Part shown: positions 18,571 through 27,169 of the stretch, piece by piece
Numbering within the stretch: the first letter of the stretch is position 1
Layout of the letters: the number at the start of each line of letters is the position of its first letter
Assembly: GCF_000341895.1 (NCBI RefSeq)
Contig: NC_020409.1
Location: 3,452,411-3,484,410, forward strand
Source of the DNA: Pseudodesulfovibrio piezophilus C1TLV30
GTDB taxonomy: Bacteria > Desulfobacterota > Desulfovibrionia > Desulfovibrionales > Desulfovibrionaceae
Reading direction: 5' to 3'
DNA length: 32,000 nt
Translations under genes and position numbers: made by a program
Notes under the pieces: model-generated
The model's database searches: none
Seen by the model: only the letters and a program-made list of their open reading frames with translations
What the model was told of the DNA's origin: nothing

Positions 18571-19353
18571 ATGCGTGATTTTATCAAGATAACGCTTGTT
18601 GCCAATGCGGGTGTTTTTGTTGAATACGCAGGTCTTGGATTTCTTGTGGACGGTATTCACTCTGAAGGCGGTTCTCCCTTCAGTCCGGTTTCTTCGGTGG
18701 AGCTGGGACATATGCGGGAAGGCTCAGGTTTTTTCAAGAATTTGGATTACCTGCTTTTTACCCATGACCATCCTGACCATTTTTCTCCTCGGCTTGTTGC
18801 GGACCATATAGGGGAACGGCCTGCCAAGGGACTTTTCCTACCGGGTGAAACACGAAGTTCCGCTGACCATGGACGACTCTTTGACCGACTTCAGGAACGT
18901 GGTATCCCTTACTGGGCTGTGGGGCTTGAGCCTGGGAAGACACAGTGTTTTATCCTTGCCGATGATGTTACCCTCACTCTTCTCGGTGCATCACACATGG
19001 GGCCACAGTATGCACGCATTAGGAATACTTGTTTCCTGCTGACAGTGGGTGGGAAAAACCTGTTGTTTACGGGTGATGCTGATCCCGTTGAGCAAGACTT
19101 TGGTTTTGCATTGAAAGAAGAGGTGGTGGATGTGGCATTCGTGAATCCTCTTTTTTATCACCACCCCAAAGGGCAACACGTCATCAATGAGGTCTTTCGG
19201 CCCAGCACCCTTGTTATTTATCACATGCCTTTCATTCATACCGACACCACACCGCTTCTTTCCATGGTTAACCGGGACATTCAACGTCACGGACGGCCTG
19301 ATATGCCGGTCCATGTCTTTAATCAGGAGCAACAGTCTCTTCGGCTGTCGTGA
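18571..19353 (+). CDS. MBL-fold metallo-hydrolase
   Basis: HxHxDH motif (THDHPDH), a downstream GDAD and a His-containing C-terminal half. Substrate unknown. Confidence 0.7.
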   Translation: MRDFIKITLVANAGVFVEYAGLGFLVDGIHSEGGSPFSPVSSVELGHMREGSGFFKNLDYLLFTHDHPDHFSPRLVADHIGERPAKGLFLPGETRSSADHGRLFDRLQERGIPYWAVGLEPGKTQCFILADDVTLTLLGASHMGPQYARIRNTCFLLTVGGKNLLFTGDADPVEQDFGFALKEEVVDVAFVNPLFYHHPKGQHVINEVFRPSTLVIYHMPFIHTDTTPLLSMVNRDIQRHGRPDMPVHVFNQEQQSLRLS

Positions 19354-19388
19354 TCAGCCATGGAATAAATTCCTCCCTTTGAATGTGT

Positions 19389-19434
19389 TGTTCAGAAATG
19401 GAACATTTTTGATGAGCAGTTCCAAAATAGAACA
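19389..19434. promoter_or_regulatory. Putative enhancer (UAS): two TGTTC-N7-GAACA-type palindromes upstream of bdh
   Basis: TGTTCagaaatgGAACA at 19389-19405 and aGTTCcaaaataGAACA at 19418-19434. The same motif occurs at 23090-23201 and 29488-29522. Confidence 0.55.
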
Positions 19435-19592
19435 GGTTTGTCGTGCCATGTGTGTGTCTTGGAACAAGAAACACATCACGAAAACATCATGTGCGTGACA
19501 TTTGTCTCCAAGACTGAATAAGCAGTGTTTTGAGGAAGGTACAGGCGCAAGAAGTCCTGAGCCTTGCTCTGATGTATTTCCTTTCTTTTTTT

Positions 19593-19608
19593 TGGCACAC
19601 CGGGTGCA
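19593..19608 (+). promoter_or_regulatory. Sigma-54 (-24/-12) promoter of the butanediol dehydrogenase gene
   Basis: TGGCACaccggGTGCA has correct GG-N10-GC spacing and lies 77 nt upstream of the ATG at 19685. Confidence 0.7.
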
Positions 19609-19684
19609 CTGTATGTTTTATGCCTTTGCACCCTCAATAGTTGCGGTCAAAATGTTTTATAACAGAGAAAAAAGAGAGGATTCA

Positions 19685-20761
19685 ATGAGCGAAACAATGC
19701 GAGCTGCCGTGTGGCATGGAAAGCAGGATGTCCGTGTTGAGACCGTTCCGGTTCCCCCTTCTCCATCAGCCGGTTGGGTCAAGATCAAAGTTGATTGGTG
19801 TGGTATCTGCGGTTCGGATTTGCATGAGTTCGTCGCCGGTCCGGTTTTCATTCCGACTGATGCTCCGCATCCCCTGACAGGAAAGCAGGGCAGTGTCATC
19901 CTCGGTCATGAGTTTACGGGAACAGTCGTGGAAGTTGGCGAGGGCGTCACCAATGTGAGTGTCGGTGATTTTGTGGCACCTGATGCCTGTCAGCATTGTG
20001 GCGAATGTATCACATGTCGTGCCGGGCGGTACAACGTCTGCGAGAAGCTGGCCTTCACAGGGCTGCATAATGATGGTGCTTTTGCAAAATATGTGAATAT
20101 ACCCAGCGAACTCTGCTATATATTACCAAATGGTATTTCCTCTGAGGCGGGGGCGTTGATCGAACCGCTGGCAACAGGGTACAAAGCCGTGCGTGAAGCT
20201 GGCTCCATTCTTGGAGAGACGGTTGTCATAATCGGGGCAGGGACCATTGGTTTAGGGACTCTGATGGCAGCCAGAGCGGCAGGCGCGGGTATGATAATCG
20301 TGCTGGAAATGTCAACCGTCCGGGCTGCAAAGGCCAAGGAATGTGGGGCTGATGTTGTTCTTAATCCGAATGAATGCGACCCTGTTGCTGAAATAAAAGC
20401 TTTGACCCAAGGGTCAGGTGCGGATGTTTCTTTCGAATGTGTCGGCAACAAATTCACCGGACCACTTGCCGTGGATGTGCTTCGTAATGCAGGGCGGGCG
20501 ATCATTGTCGGTATTTTTGAAGAATCCAGTTCATTCAATTTTTTCAGTTTAAGTGGGACAGACAAACGCGTTATAGGCACCTTGGCTTATACTTTGAGCG
20601 ATTTTCAGGGTGTTTCGACCCTGCTGGCGAACGGGCAGCTCAAGGCTGAACCCATGATTACCGGTCGGATACATCTTGAAGACATTGTGGAAAAAGGCTT
20701 TTGGGAATTGATCAATAACAAGGATGAGAACATCAAGATTATCGTCAGTCCAGGAGACTAG
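19685..20761 (+). CDS. Zn-dependent MDR alcohol dehydrogenase, 2,3-butanediol dehydrogenase / acetoin reductase type
   Basis: MRAAVWHGKQDVRVETVP..CGICGSDLHE..GHEFTG..CQHCGECITCRAG and Rossmann motif GAGTIGLG. SD AGAGAGGA before ATG 19685. The ORF-track extension to 19502 covers the promoter and was rejected. Confidence 0.8.
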   Translation: MSETMRAAVWHGKQDVRVETVPVPPSPSAGWVKIKVDWCGICGSDLHEFVAGPVFIPTDAPHPLTGKQGSVILGHEFTGTVVEVGEGVTNVSVGDFVAPDACQHCGECITCRAGRYNVCEKLAFTGLHNDGAFAKYVNIPSELCYILPNGISSEAGALIEPLATGYKAVREAGSILGETVVIIGAGTIGLGTLMAARAAGAGMIIVLEMSTVRAAKAKECGADVVLNPNECDPVAEIKALTQGSGADVSFECVGNKFTGPLAVDVLRNAGRAIIVGIFEESSSFNFFSLSGTDKRVIGTLAYTLSDFQGVSTLLANGQLKAEPMITGRIHLEDIVEKGFWELINNKDENIKIIVSPGD

Positions 20762-20896
20762 AAGGGGATAGGCATAGAGGCTCAACGCCTTCATCTCAAG
20801 GTGTGTTCGGGAGAGGGAGGTTCCCTTTTCTCGTCGGGGGAGTCTTGATGGTGATTATGATCACGGCACCGTTTATCACCTAAATATACAGAAAAT

Positions 20897-20936
20897 GAGG
20901 GCTCTCGGCGGTGCGGTCGAGTGCCCTCTTCTTATT
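20897..20936 (+). terminator. Candidate terminator hairpin after bdh
   Basis: GAGGGC-T-CTCG / CGAG-T-GCCCTC interrupted stem with a 10-nt loop, followed by TTCTTATTATC. Weak. Confidence 0.35.
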
Positions 20937-20940
20937 ATCG

Positions 20941-23013
20941 CTAGATTTGGATACGGTGTCGTTCCATTTTTGCATACAGGGTATTGCGCCCGATTCCCAG
21001 AGCTTTAGCCGTTTTACTAATGTTGCACGCATGAAAATTCAATGCCTCACGGATTGCGTCTTCCTCTCTCTTTTTGAGTTGGAATTCTTTGCTTGAGTTC
21101 GTATGCTTTGTGTTGATTCGGTGTCGGGCTTTGTCCAGAATGTGATGCGGGAGATTCTCCTCCCGGAGCCATGCATCGGAGAGGTTATTGATTGCATATT
21201 CTATGCAATTGACGAGTTCTCGAACATTTCCTGGCCATGAGTACGCCATGAAGGTCTTCGCCACTTCAGGGAGCATTCCTTCACAATGAATGCCAAATTC
21301 CGTGCAAAGACGGTTCAGATGATATTCGGCCAGGAGGACAATGTCATTTCCTCGTTCATGAAGGGAAGGGAGGGTGATTCCAACCACATTCAGGCGATAA
21401 AACAGGTCCTCTCGAAATTGGTTTTGTCTCACAAGTTCACGCAGATTCTTGTTGGTTGCCGCAATGATTTTCACATCCACGGACTGTGGAGTTGTGCCGC
21501 CCACAGGGACAACGGTCCTTTCTTCCAGCGCCCTCAGGAGACTGACTTGTTGCGAAAGTGGCATTTCAGAAATCTCATCCAGAAACAGGACTCCTTTGTC
21601 TGCCTGTTGGAATTTCCCTATACGGCCTTTTCTGGATGCTCCTGTAAACGATCCCCCGCAATACCCGAAGAGTTCACTTTGCACCAACTCTTCAGGGAAC
21701 GCGCCGCAATTAATTGCAATGAAGGGGTGCTGGGATCGTGGTCCGGCTTGGTGTATGCCACGGGCGAAGAGCTCCTTTCCGGTCCCTGATTCTCCATACA
21801 GGAGAACGGTTGATGGCGTCTTTGCCGCTTTGGCAGCCTGAAGAATTGATTGAGACATGGATCGGCTTGAATACAATATATGCTCAAATCCTTCCGGGGT
21901 GGTTTCAGAGGGGGGGATTGTTTCGAAGCATTCCTTTTTGGCAGGGACTGCGAATTGATGCGTGGTTTGTTTTTCGCAAATACTGACGATGGTATCCAGA
22001 TGGGTGCCGGTGAGACTGAAAACATTCAAGGCTCGCACGAATAAATCCGGGTTTATCCGACAGGGGATGACCGTCGGTTCATGTACTGAGGCATTTTTCG
22101 TCTGAGCTATGAAATCATCGTAATGAAAAAATTCCTCGGCCTGGCGACCACGGAGTGTCCCCCATGGAGTTCCGATCAATGCCTCGGCTGCACTGTTGGC
22201 ACTGAGGATTTTGCCTGATTTATCCAAGGAAAGAATGCCCGTCATTACGGAGTTGAACATTGAAGAAAAGAGCGTTCCCAGCTGACCTTCCAGTTCCGAG
22301 CAATAGAGGCGGCAGAGATGCTGCTCCAAGGCCCGTGCCGCTTGAAGAACAAGGTTCAGATTCTTAGAGTGATCCATGTTTGAAGGACCGGAAATATCAA
22401 AACATCCCCATATGCTGCCGTGTGGGTCCAGAATTGGGGCTGCTGTACAGCTCCAACTGTGATGGCTACGGCAGAAATGTTCTTCACCGAAAACCTGCAT
22501 GGGACGTCCTGTTGCCAAGGCCGTCCCTATGGCATTGGTTCCCACGCTTTCTTCTGCCCAATTGGCTCCTGGGCCAAAGTTCAACTTGTCAGCCTGCCGC
22601 AGGGTCTTCAGATCACCGCATGTCCGGGCCACACGGCCTTTGGCATTCGTGAATGTCATGAGCATTCCTTTGCCGCGGATCGCTTCATATGCCGTATTTT
22701 CGACATCGCCACAGATCTTTCCCAGTGTTGAGGTAAACGGCTCCAACTCTGTCATAGGTTTGAAATCCCAGCAATTTCTCGGGCCAGGATCAATGCCCAT
22801 TTTTTTACACCTGCCCCAGGAATCGATGATGTTCTCGTTCAGGCAACTGAGGTTGACCTGTCTCCCTTCCACAAAACGTTTCCACTGAGAATAGTTGACC
22901 TGCGAACCTCGCTGGCCGCGCAGGGGAGACCATGGTGAATGGGATGAAGGGGTTGCCTCAATATGGGACGCGCTGATTTCGAAGCCGTCATCGTTTCTAA
23001 GGAGTAAATGCAT
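20941..23013 (-). CDS. acoR: AcoR-like sigma-54-dependent transcriptional activator (N-terminal GAF-like sensor, PAS, AAA+, Fis HTH)
   Basis: GESGTGKELFARGIH, GSFTGA (intact F-T), LFLDEISEM, FREDLFYRLNV, WPGNVRELVN, HTH NISKTAKALGIGRNTLYAKM. ATG 23013 has SD GGAG 8 nt upstream. It is divergent from the aco operon. Confidence 0.85.
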   Translation of the reverse strand: MHLLLRNDDGFEISASHIEATPSSHSPWSPLRGQRGSQVNYSQWKRFVEGRQVNLSCLNENIIDSWGRCKKMGIDPGPRNCWDFKPMTELEPFTSTLGKICGDVENTAYEAIRGKGMLMTFTNAKGRVARTCGDLKTLRQADKLNFGPGANWAEESVGTNAIGTALATGRPMQVFGEEHFCRSHHSWSCTAAPILDPHGSIWGCFDISGPSNMDHSKNLNLVLQAARALEQHLCRLYCSELEGQLGTLFSSMFNSVMTGILSLDKSGKILSANSAAEALIGTPWGTLRGRQAEEFFHYDDFIAQTKNASVHEPTVIPCRINPDLFVRALNVFSLTGTHLDTIVSICEKQTTHQFAVPAKKECFETIPPSETTPEGFEHILYSSRSMSQSILQAAKAAKTPSTVLLYGESGTGKELFARGIHQAGPRSQHPFIAINCGAFPEELVQSELFGYCGGSFTGASRKGRIGKFQQADKGVLFLDEISEMPLSQQVSLLRALEERTVVPVGGTTPQSVDVKIIAATNKNLRELVRQNQFREDLFYRLNVVGITLPSLHERGNDIVLLAEYHLNRLCTEFGIHCEGMLPEVAKTFMAYSWPGNVRELVNCIEYAINNLSDAWLREENLPHHILDKARHRINTKHTNSSKEFQLKKREEDAIREALNFHACNISKTAKALGIGRNTLYAKMERHRIQI

Positions 23014-23089
23014 TCTCGATCTCCAGTACAAAACGAAAAAGGTTATAGACAATATTAAGTCTCTGACTCATCACCGGAATCTCTGTCAA

Positions 23090-23108
23090 GTGTTCACATT
23101 TCGAACAC
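23090..23108. promoter_or_regulatory. Putative AcoR enhancer site 1 (GTGTTC-N7-GAACAC)
   Basis: Perfect 6-bp arms GTGTTCacatttcGAACAC in the acoR/acoC divergent intergenic region. Confidence 0.6.
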
Positions 23109-23182
23109 AGTCCTACTCTTTTGCATCTTTTTTACTTTTAATATCAGCTAAATAAGTCCTTCTTGGTGCACCTTTGTCCTGA

Positions 23183-23201
23183 GTGTTCTACTCCAGAACA
23201 C
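23183..23201. promoter_or_regulatory. Putative AcoR enhancer site 2 (GTGTTC-N7-GAACAC)
   Basis: Perfect 6-bp arms GTGTTCtactccaGAACAC, 93 bp centre-to-centre from site 1 and about 70 bp upstream of the -24 element. Confidence 0.6.
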
Positions 23202-23263
23202 ACTTGCGGTTTTTTAGGGAGAGTTGTTTCTATAACTTACCGTAATTCAACATATAATCTTAC

Positions 23264-23279
23264 TGGCATAGCCATTGCT
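23264..23279 (+). promoter_or_regulatory. Sigma-54 (-24/-12) promoter of the aco operon
   Basis: TGGCATagccaTTGCT is a near-perfect match to TGGCAC-N5-TTGCW, 42 nt upstream of the ATG at 23321. Confidence 0.8.
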
Positions 23280-23320
23280 ATATTCTCAGCCAACTTCGTA
23301 AAAAAATAGGAGGATTGGCC

Positions 23321-24673
23321 ATGGCTCAACAAGTGATCATGCCCAAATGGGGCTTGACCATGAAAGAAGGAAAAGTTGTTCGCTGGCTTAAAGGTGAGGG
23401 TGAATCGGTTGATGCCGGTGAGCCTTTATTTGAAGTGGAAACGGACAAAATCACGAACTCGGTGGAAGCCCCTGCCAGTGGTGTCTTATCCCAAATCATA
23501 GTCCCTGAAGGTGAAACTGCCGAGGTCCAGGCTGTTTTGGCAGTTATTGCCGCGCCAGGAGAAAACCCTGACATAATACCAAGTGGATCGACGGCAACCG
23601 ACAACGTTGAATCTTCCGGCGATGCAGTGGCTGGCGAACCTGCCGTTGCTTCATCTCAGGCATCGGTTGAAGGCGGTGATTTTGTTCCGGCCATGCCTGC
23701 TGCTCGCAAATTGGCGAAGGAATTGAACGTTGCCCTGTCCACGGTTGTCGGAACCGGACCTCATGGAACAATTGTGATGAAAGATGTTCAGGCATCGGCT
23801 GACAGTGCTTTTGCCGGGATTAACGCCAGTGCCAAGGCAATTGAATTCGCCCGTAAAAATGGCATTGATCTCGGTCAGGTCTCGGGGACCGGTGATGACG
23901 GTCGAATTACCAAAGCCGACATCCTGCGTGCAATGAATCCGGTTTCCGATCAACAGGTATCATCCAATCAGCCTGTCATTGCTCAGGATACCATCGTGCC
24001 TATGGACGGTGTCCGCAAGCTTATTGGTGACAATATGCAGGCCAGCTTGACCAATGCGGCGCAGCTTTCCGTGTTCGTCGAAATTGACGCCACCGAAATG
24101 GTTTCCTTGCGCGCGGCGATTCTTGAACGGAACAAGCGCAACGCAGAATACAAGCTCTCATACAATGACATCGTTTCGTATGCTGTGTGTCGAGCTCTCA
24201 AGCGACATCCGATTATGAATTCGACCTTGCAGGACGATGGCATTCATCTGCACCAAAGTGTCAATCTTGGTATTGCTGTGGCCCTGCCAAACGGGCTTAT
24301 TGTGCCGAATATCAAGAATGCCGGAAGCTTGACGTTGGAGGAACTCAAGACAGAGATCCGGGATGTCGCAGGTCGGTCTCGGACCGGCGGTCTGAATATG
24401 GATGAAATATCCGGCGGCACCTTTACCATCAGTAATGTCAGCATGCTTGGTGTGGATGGTTTTACCCCCATTCTCAATCCTCCAGAGACAGGCATACTCG
24501 GTGTCGGGCGTATTGTTGAGAAACCGGCAGTCAAGGATGGCGAAATTCAGATTCGGCAAATGATGACCCTTTCTCTGACATTCAATCACATGACTACGGA
24601 TGGTGCGCCTGCCATGTCTTTCCTGCGCGAGTTGGGGGACATGCTGGAAACTCCGGGTCTGATGACATTGTAG
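23321..24673 (+). CDS. acoC: Dihydrolipoamide acetyltransferase (E2) of an acetoin-dehydrogenase-type complex; one lipoyl domain, two PSBD domains, catalytic domain
   Basis: Lipoyl-lysine motif VETDKIT (K codon 23447-23449). Two E3-binding-like segments. Catalytic ..LSLTFNHMTTDGAPAMSFL (H..DG). SD AGGAGG 7 nt before ATG 23321. Confidence 0.85.
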   Translation: MAQQVIMPKWGLTMKEGKVVRWLKGEGESVDAGEPLFEVETDKITNSVEAPASGVLSQIIVPEGETAEVQAVLAVIAAPGENPDIIPSGSTATDNVESSGDAVAGEPAVASSQASVEGGDFVPAMPAARKLAKELNVALSTVVGTGPHGTIVMKDVQASADSAFAGINASAKAIEFARKNGIDLGQVSGTGDDGRITKADILRAMNPVSDQQVSSNQPVIAQDTIVPMDGVRKLIGDNMQASLTNAAQLSVFVEIDATEMVSLRAAILERNKRNAEYKLSYNDIVSYAVCRALKRHPIMNSTLQDDGIHLHQSVNLGIAVALPNGLIVPNIKNAGSLTLEELKTEIRDVAGRSRTGGLNMDEISGGTFTISNVSMLGVDGFTPILNPPETGILGVGRIVEKPAVKDGEIQIRQMMTLSLTFNHMTTDGAPAMSFLRELGDMLETPGLMTL

Positions 24674-24680
24674 GTTCGTT

Positions 24681-25121
24681 ATGGCGCGGAAAAGATTTGC
24701 TGTTGAACTCGGTTATGCAGCCGATTTGCATGGTGAAGACATGACCAAGGCCGTGGTGCGAGCTGTTCGTGATGCTGTGTCCCGGATTTGTCTCTGTGGT
24801 CTTGTGGAAATATGTGGTCGTGATCGGTTTCAAGGCGTCTTTGTCCATGCTGATATCGCTGTTCCCCAGCCGGAACAGGTTGACCATTCGGCCGTGCTTG
24901 CCGCCATCCCCATTGGTGAAACTTCATTGAACGTGACTGTCGGCGGCATGAGTGTCCCCGGGATGGAAGTTCCCTGCTTTGCCCCTGGTGTCAGCAACAT
25001 AGTTGTTGCGTGCGCCGCGCTGACTGTTTCCATTGAGACGGACATGGCAAGTGAGGCTGATGAGGACTCGGAAAACAGGTGGATCGGATGTGCCGTGAAG
25101 CCGAATAACCCAGAGGAGTAA
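24681..25121 (+). CDS. Small conserved hypothetical protein (possibly Lin0512-family-like), embedded between E2 and E1-alpha
   Basis: 146 aa. N-terminus FAVELGYAADLHGEDMTKAVVRAVRDAV resembles my memory of the Lin0512_fam N-terminus (uncertain). Tightly packed: 7 nt after the acoC stop and 5 nt before the acoA ATG. Acidic tail. Confidence 0.55.
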   Translation: MARKRFAVELGYAADLHGEDMTKAVVRAVRDAVSRICLCGLVEICGRDRFQGVFVHADIAVPQPEQVDHSAVLAAIPIGETSLNVTVGGMSVPGMEVPCFAPGVSNIVVACAALTVSIETDMASEADEDSENRWIGCAVKPNNPEE

Positions 25122-25126
25122 ACACA

Positions 25127-26086
25127 ATGGCTCTGAGCAAGAAGACATTGATCAATATGTATGAAACCATGAACAGGATTCGTCTGTTCGAACTGAGACT
25201 GCAGGAACTTTTCGCAGCAAGCGAAATTCCCGGTTTCGTCCATCTTTATCTCGGCGAGGAAGCGGTTGCCACAGGAGCCTGTGCCGCGCTTACCGATGCC
25301 GACATGATTACCAGTACACATCGCGGGCATGGGCATCTTTTGGCAAAAGGTGGAGATTTGAAGCTCATGATGGCTGAAATATTCGGGCGGAAAACCGGCT
25401 ACTGCAAAGGCAAAGGCGGTTCCATGCACATTGCCGATTTGGATCTCGGTATTCTCGGGGCCAACGGTATTGTGGGAGGTGGTGGCCCTCTTGCCGCAGG
25501 AGCGGCTCTGGCAGCCAAATACAGAAAAAGCAAAGATGTCGCCATGTGCTTTTTCGGTGATGGTGCCTCCAATCAGGGAACAACCCAGGAGTCCCTGAAC
25601 ATGGCGAGCGCCTGGAAGCTGCCTCTGGTCTTCATCAATGAAAATAATGGGTACGGTATTTCCTGCCCCCAATGCAAATCCATGGCTGTCGTGGATATTG
25701 CGGATCGCGCAGCTGCATATGATATGCCCGGCGTAGTGGTTGACGGAAACGACGTGCTCGCTGTGCATGAAGCCGTTTCCGAGGCCGTCAAACGTGCGCG
25801 TCGCGGAGAAGGCCCGTCATTGGTTGAGTGCAAAACATATCGCTGGCGTGGTCACTTTGAAGGGGATGCCTGCACATACCGTTGCGATGAAGAGCTGAAA
25901 GAGTGGAAAGCCAAAGACCCCATTCCTCGTTTCGAGGCCAAATTGATAGAAAAGAAGACACTGACTCAGAGTGAAGCGGATACAATAAAAGAACGCATTG
26001 CTCAGGATGTTGATGAAGCTGTGACGTACGCCAAGGAAAGTCCGATGCCGCCTGTCAGTGCATTGATGGATGACGTGTACGCCTAA
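25127..26086 (+). CDS. acoA: Acetoin:acceptor oxidoreductase / 2-oxoacid dehydrogenase E1 alpha subunit (TPP-binding)
   Basis: LYLGEEAVATG, TSTHRGHGH, TPP motif GDGASNQG..(27 aa)..NENNGYG, YRWRGHFEGD. SD GAGGAG. Confidence 0.9.
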   Translation: MALSKKTLINMYETMNRIRLFELRLQELFAASEIPGFVHLYLGEEAVATGACAALTDADMITSTHRGHGHLLAKGGDLKLMMAEIFGRKTGYCKGKGGSMHIADLDLGILGANGIVGGGGPLAAGAALAAKYRKSKDVAMCFFGDGASNQGTTQESLNMASAWKLPLVFINENNGYGISCPQCKSMAVVDIADRAAAYDMPGVVVDGNDVLAVHEAVSEAVKRARRGEGPSLVECKTYRWRGHFEGDACTYRCDEELKEWKAKDPIPRFEAKLIEKKTLTQSEADTIKERIAQDVDEAVTYAKESPMPPVSALMDDVYA

Positions 26087-26130
26087 GTCGGCTGCGGTTT
26101 TTACGAATCATAAATCCAACGGAGTGAATA

Positions 26131-27102
26131 ATGTCCGAAAAAACATATCTTCAGGCTCTCAACGAAGCATTGAGCCAGGAAATGGAGCGCGATGAGAATG
26201 TCTTCATCATAGGTGAAGACGTGGGGCAATTTGGTGGTTGTTTTGGGGTCACCCAGGGGCTTTTTGACACGTTCGGGAGTGACCGTGTCATGGATACGCC
26301 AATTACAGAAAGCGCAATTGTCGGCGCAGCCACAGGTGCGGCCGCATGCGGTCTTCGCCCTGTAGCGGAGTTGATGTTTGTGGATTTCATCGGTGTTTCT
26401 ATGGATCAGCTCTTTAATCAGGCTGCGAAAATGCGTTACATGTTCGGTGGTAAAACCACGGTTCCCATGACGTTGCGTGCACCTCAAGGCGCAGGTATCG
26501 GTGCTGCTGCCCAGCATTCTCAGTGCCTGGAATCCTGGTTCATGAATATTCCGGGACTCAAAGTCGTTATCCCATCGACCCCTTACGATGCCAAGGGGCT
26601 GTTGATAAGTGCAATTCGCGATGACAACCCGGTTGTCTTTCTTGAGCACAAGATGTTGTATGGTGTCAGTGGAGAAGTGCCGGACGAGAGTTATACCATC
26701 GAGATAGGCAAGGCTGACATCAAGCGTGAGGGCAGTGATGTGACTATCGTTGCGACGTCGCAGATGGTCTATGCGGCGCTTGAGGCAGCTGAAAAACTCA
26801 AAGCCGACGGTATTGATGCCGAAGTCGTCGACCCACGGAGCTTGTTACCACTGGACAAGGAGACGATTTTTGACTCAGTCAGAAAGACGCATGCCTTGGT
26901 TGTTGTCCATGAGGCGGTCCAGTTCGCTGGTCCGGGAGCAGAAATAGCTGCCATGGCGGCAGAAGAAATTCTTGAGTATCTGGATGCTCCCATCAAGCGT
27001 GTTGGTGCTCCATTCTGCCCGGTTCCCTTCTCGCCTCCTCTTGAGCAGCATTATATCCCCGGTGCAGAGAATATCATCGAGGCCGTCAAGAGTATTCGTT
27101 AA
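26131..27102 (+). CDS. acoB: Acetoin dehydrogenase E1 beta subunit
   Basis: YLQALNEALSQEMERDENVFIIGEDVG.., DTPITESAIVGAATGAA, transketolase-C-like C-terminal half. SD GGAG. Confidence 0.9.
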   Translation: MSEKTYLQALNEALSQEMERDENVFIIGEDVGQFGGCFGVTQGLFDTFGSDRVMDTPITESAIVGAATGAAACGLRPVAELMFVDFIGVSMDQLFNQAAKMRYMFGGKTTVPMTLRAPQGAGIGAAAQHSQCLESWFMNIPGLKVVIPSTPYDAKGLLISAIRDDNPVVFLEHKMLYGVSGEVPDESYTIEIGKADIKREGSDVTIVATSQMVYAALEAAEKLKADGIDAEVVDPRSLLPLDKETIFDSVRKTHALVVVHEAVQFAGPGAEIAAMAAEEILEYLDAPIKRVGAPFCPVPFSPPLEQHYIPGAENIIEAVKSIR

Positions 27103-27117
27103 ACAAACTTTGGTTGA

Positions 27118-27145
27118 GAGGGGAACGGCTTTTGCCGTTCCCCTC
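27118..27145 (+). other. Intra-operon 12-bp perfect stem-loop between acoB and the acoX-like gene
   Basis: GAGGGGAACGGC-tttt-GCCGTTCCCCTC. No downstream U-tract. Immediately followed by SD GAGGAG (27148-27153). Confidence 0.8.
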
Positions 27146-27169
27146 GTGAGGAGAGATGAGGGCGTATCA

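Noticed and set aside
19502-19684. N-terminal extension of the butanediol dehydrogenase ORF (ORF-track start 19502)
   Set aside because: The extension contains the -24/-12 promoter (19593-19608) and has no homology-like sequence. ATG 19685 has a good SD and gives the canonical MDR N-terminus.
24830-25768. 312-aa minus-strand ORF across the small ORF/acoA region. Similar long antisense ORFs occur at 859-1416, 2336-2788, 20116-20580, 21286-21789 and 26101-26649.
   Set aside because: All lie antisense to genes with strong family signatures (TPP motif, MCP tip, AAA+ motifs). Their composition is low-complexity and Arg/Ser/Cys-rich, typical of shadow frames.
26972-27169. Long 5' extension of the acoX-like ORF overlapping acoB
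   Set aside because: It overlaps 131 nt of acoB in another frame and runs through the 12-bp hairpin. The AcoX-like N-terminus (IAAILANPASGKD) begins right after the SD GAGGAG.
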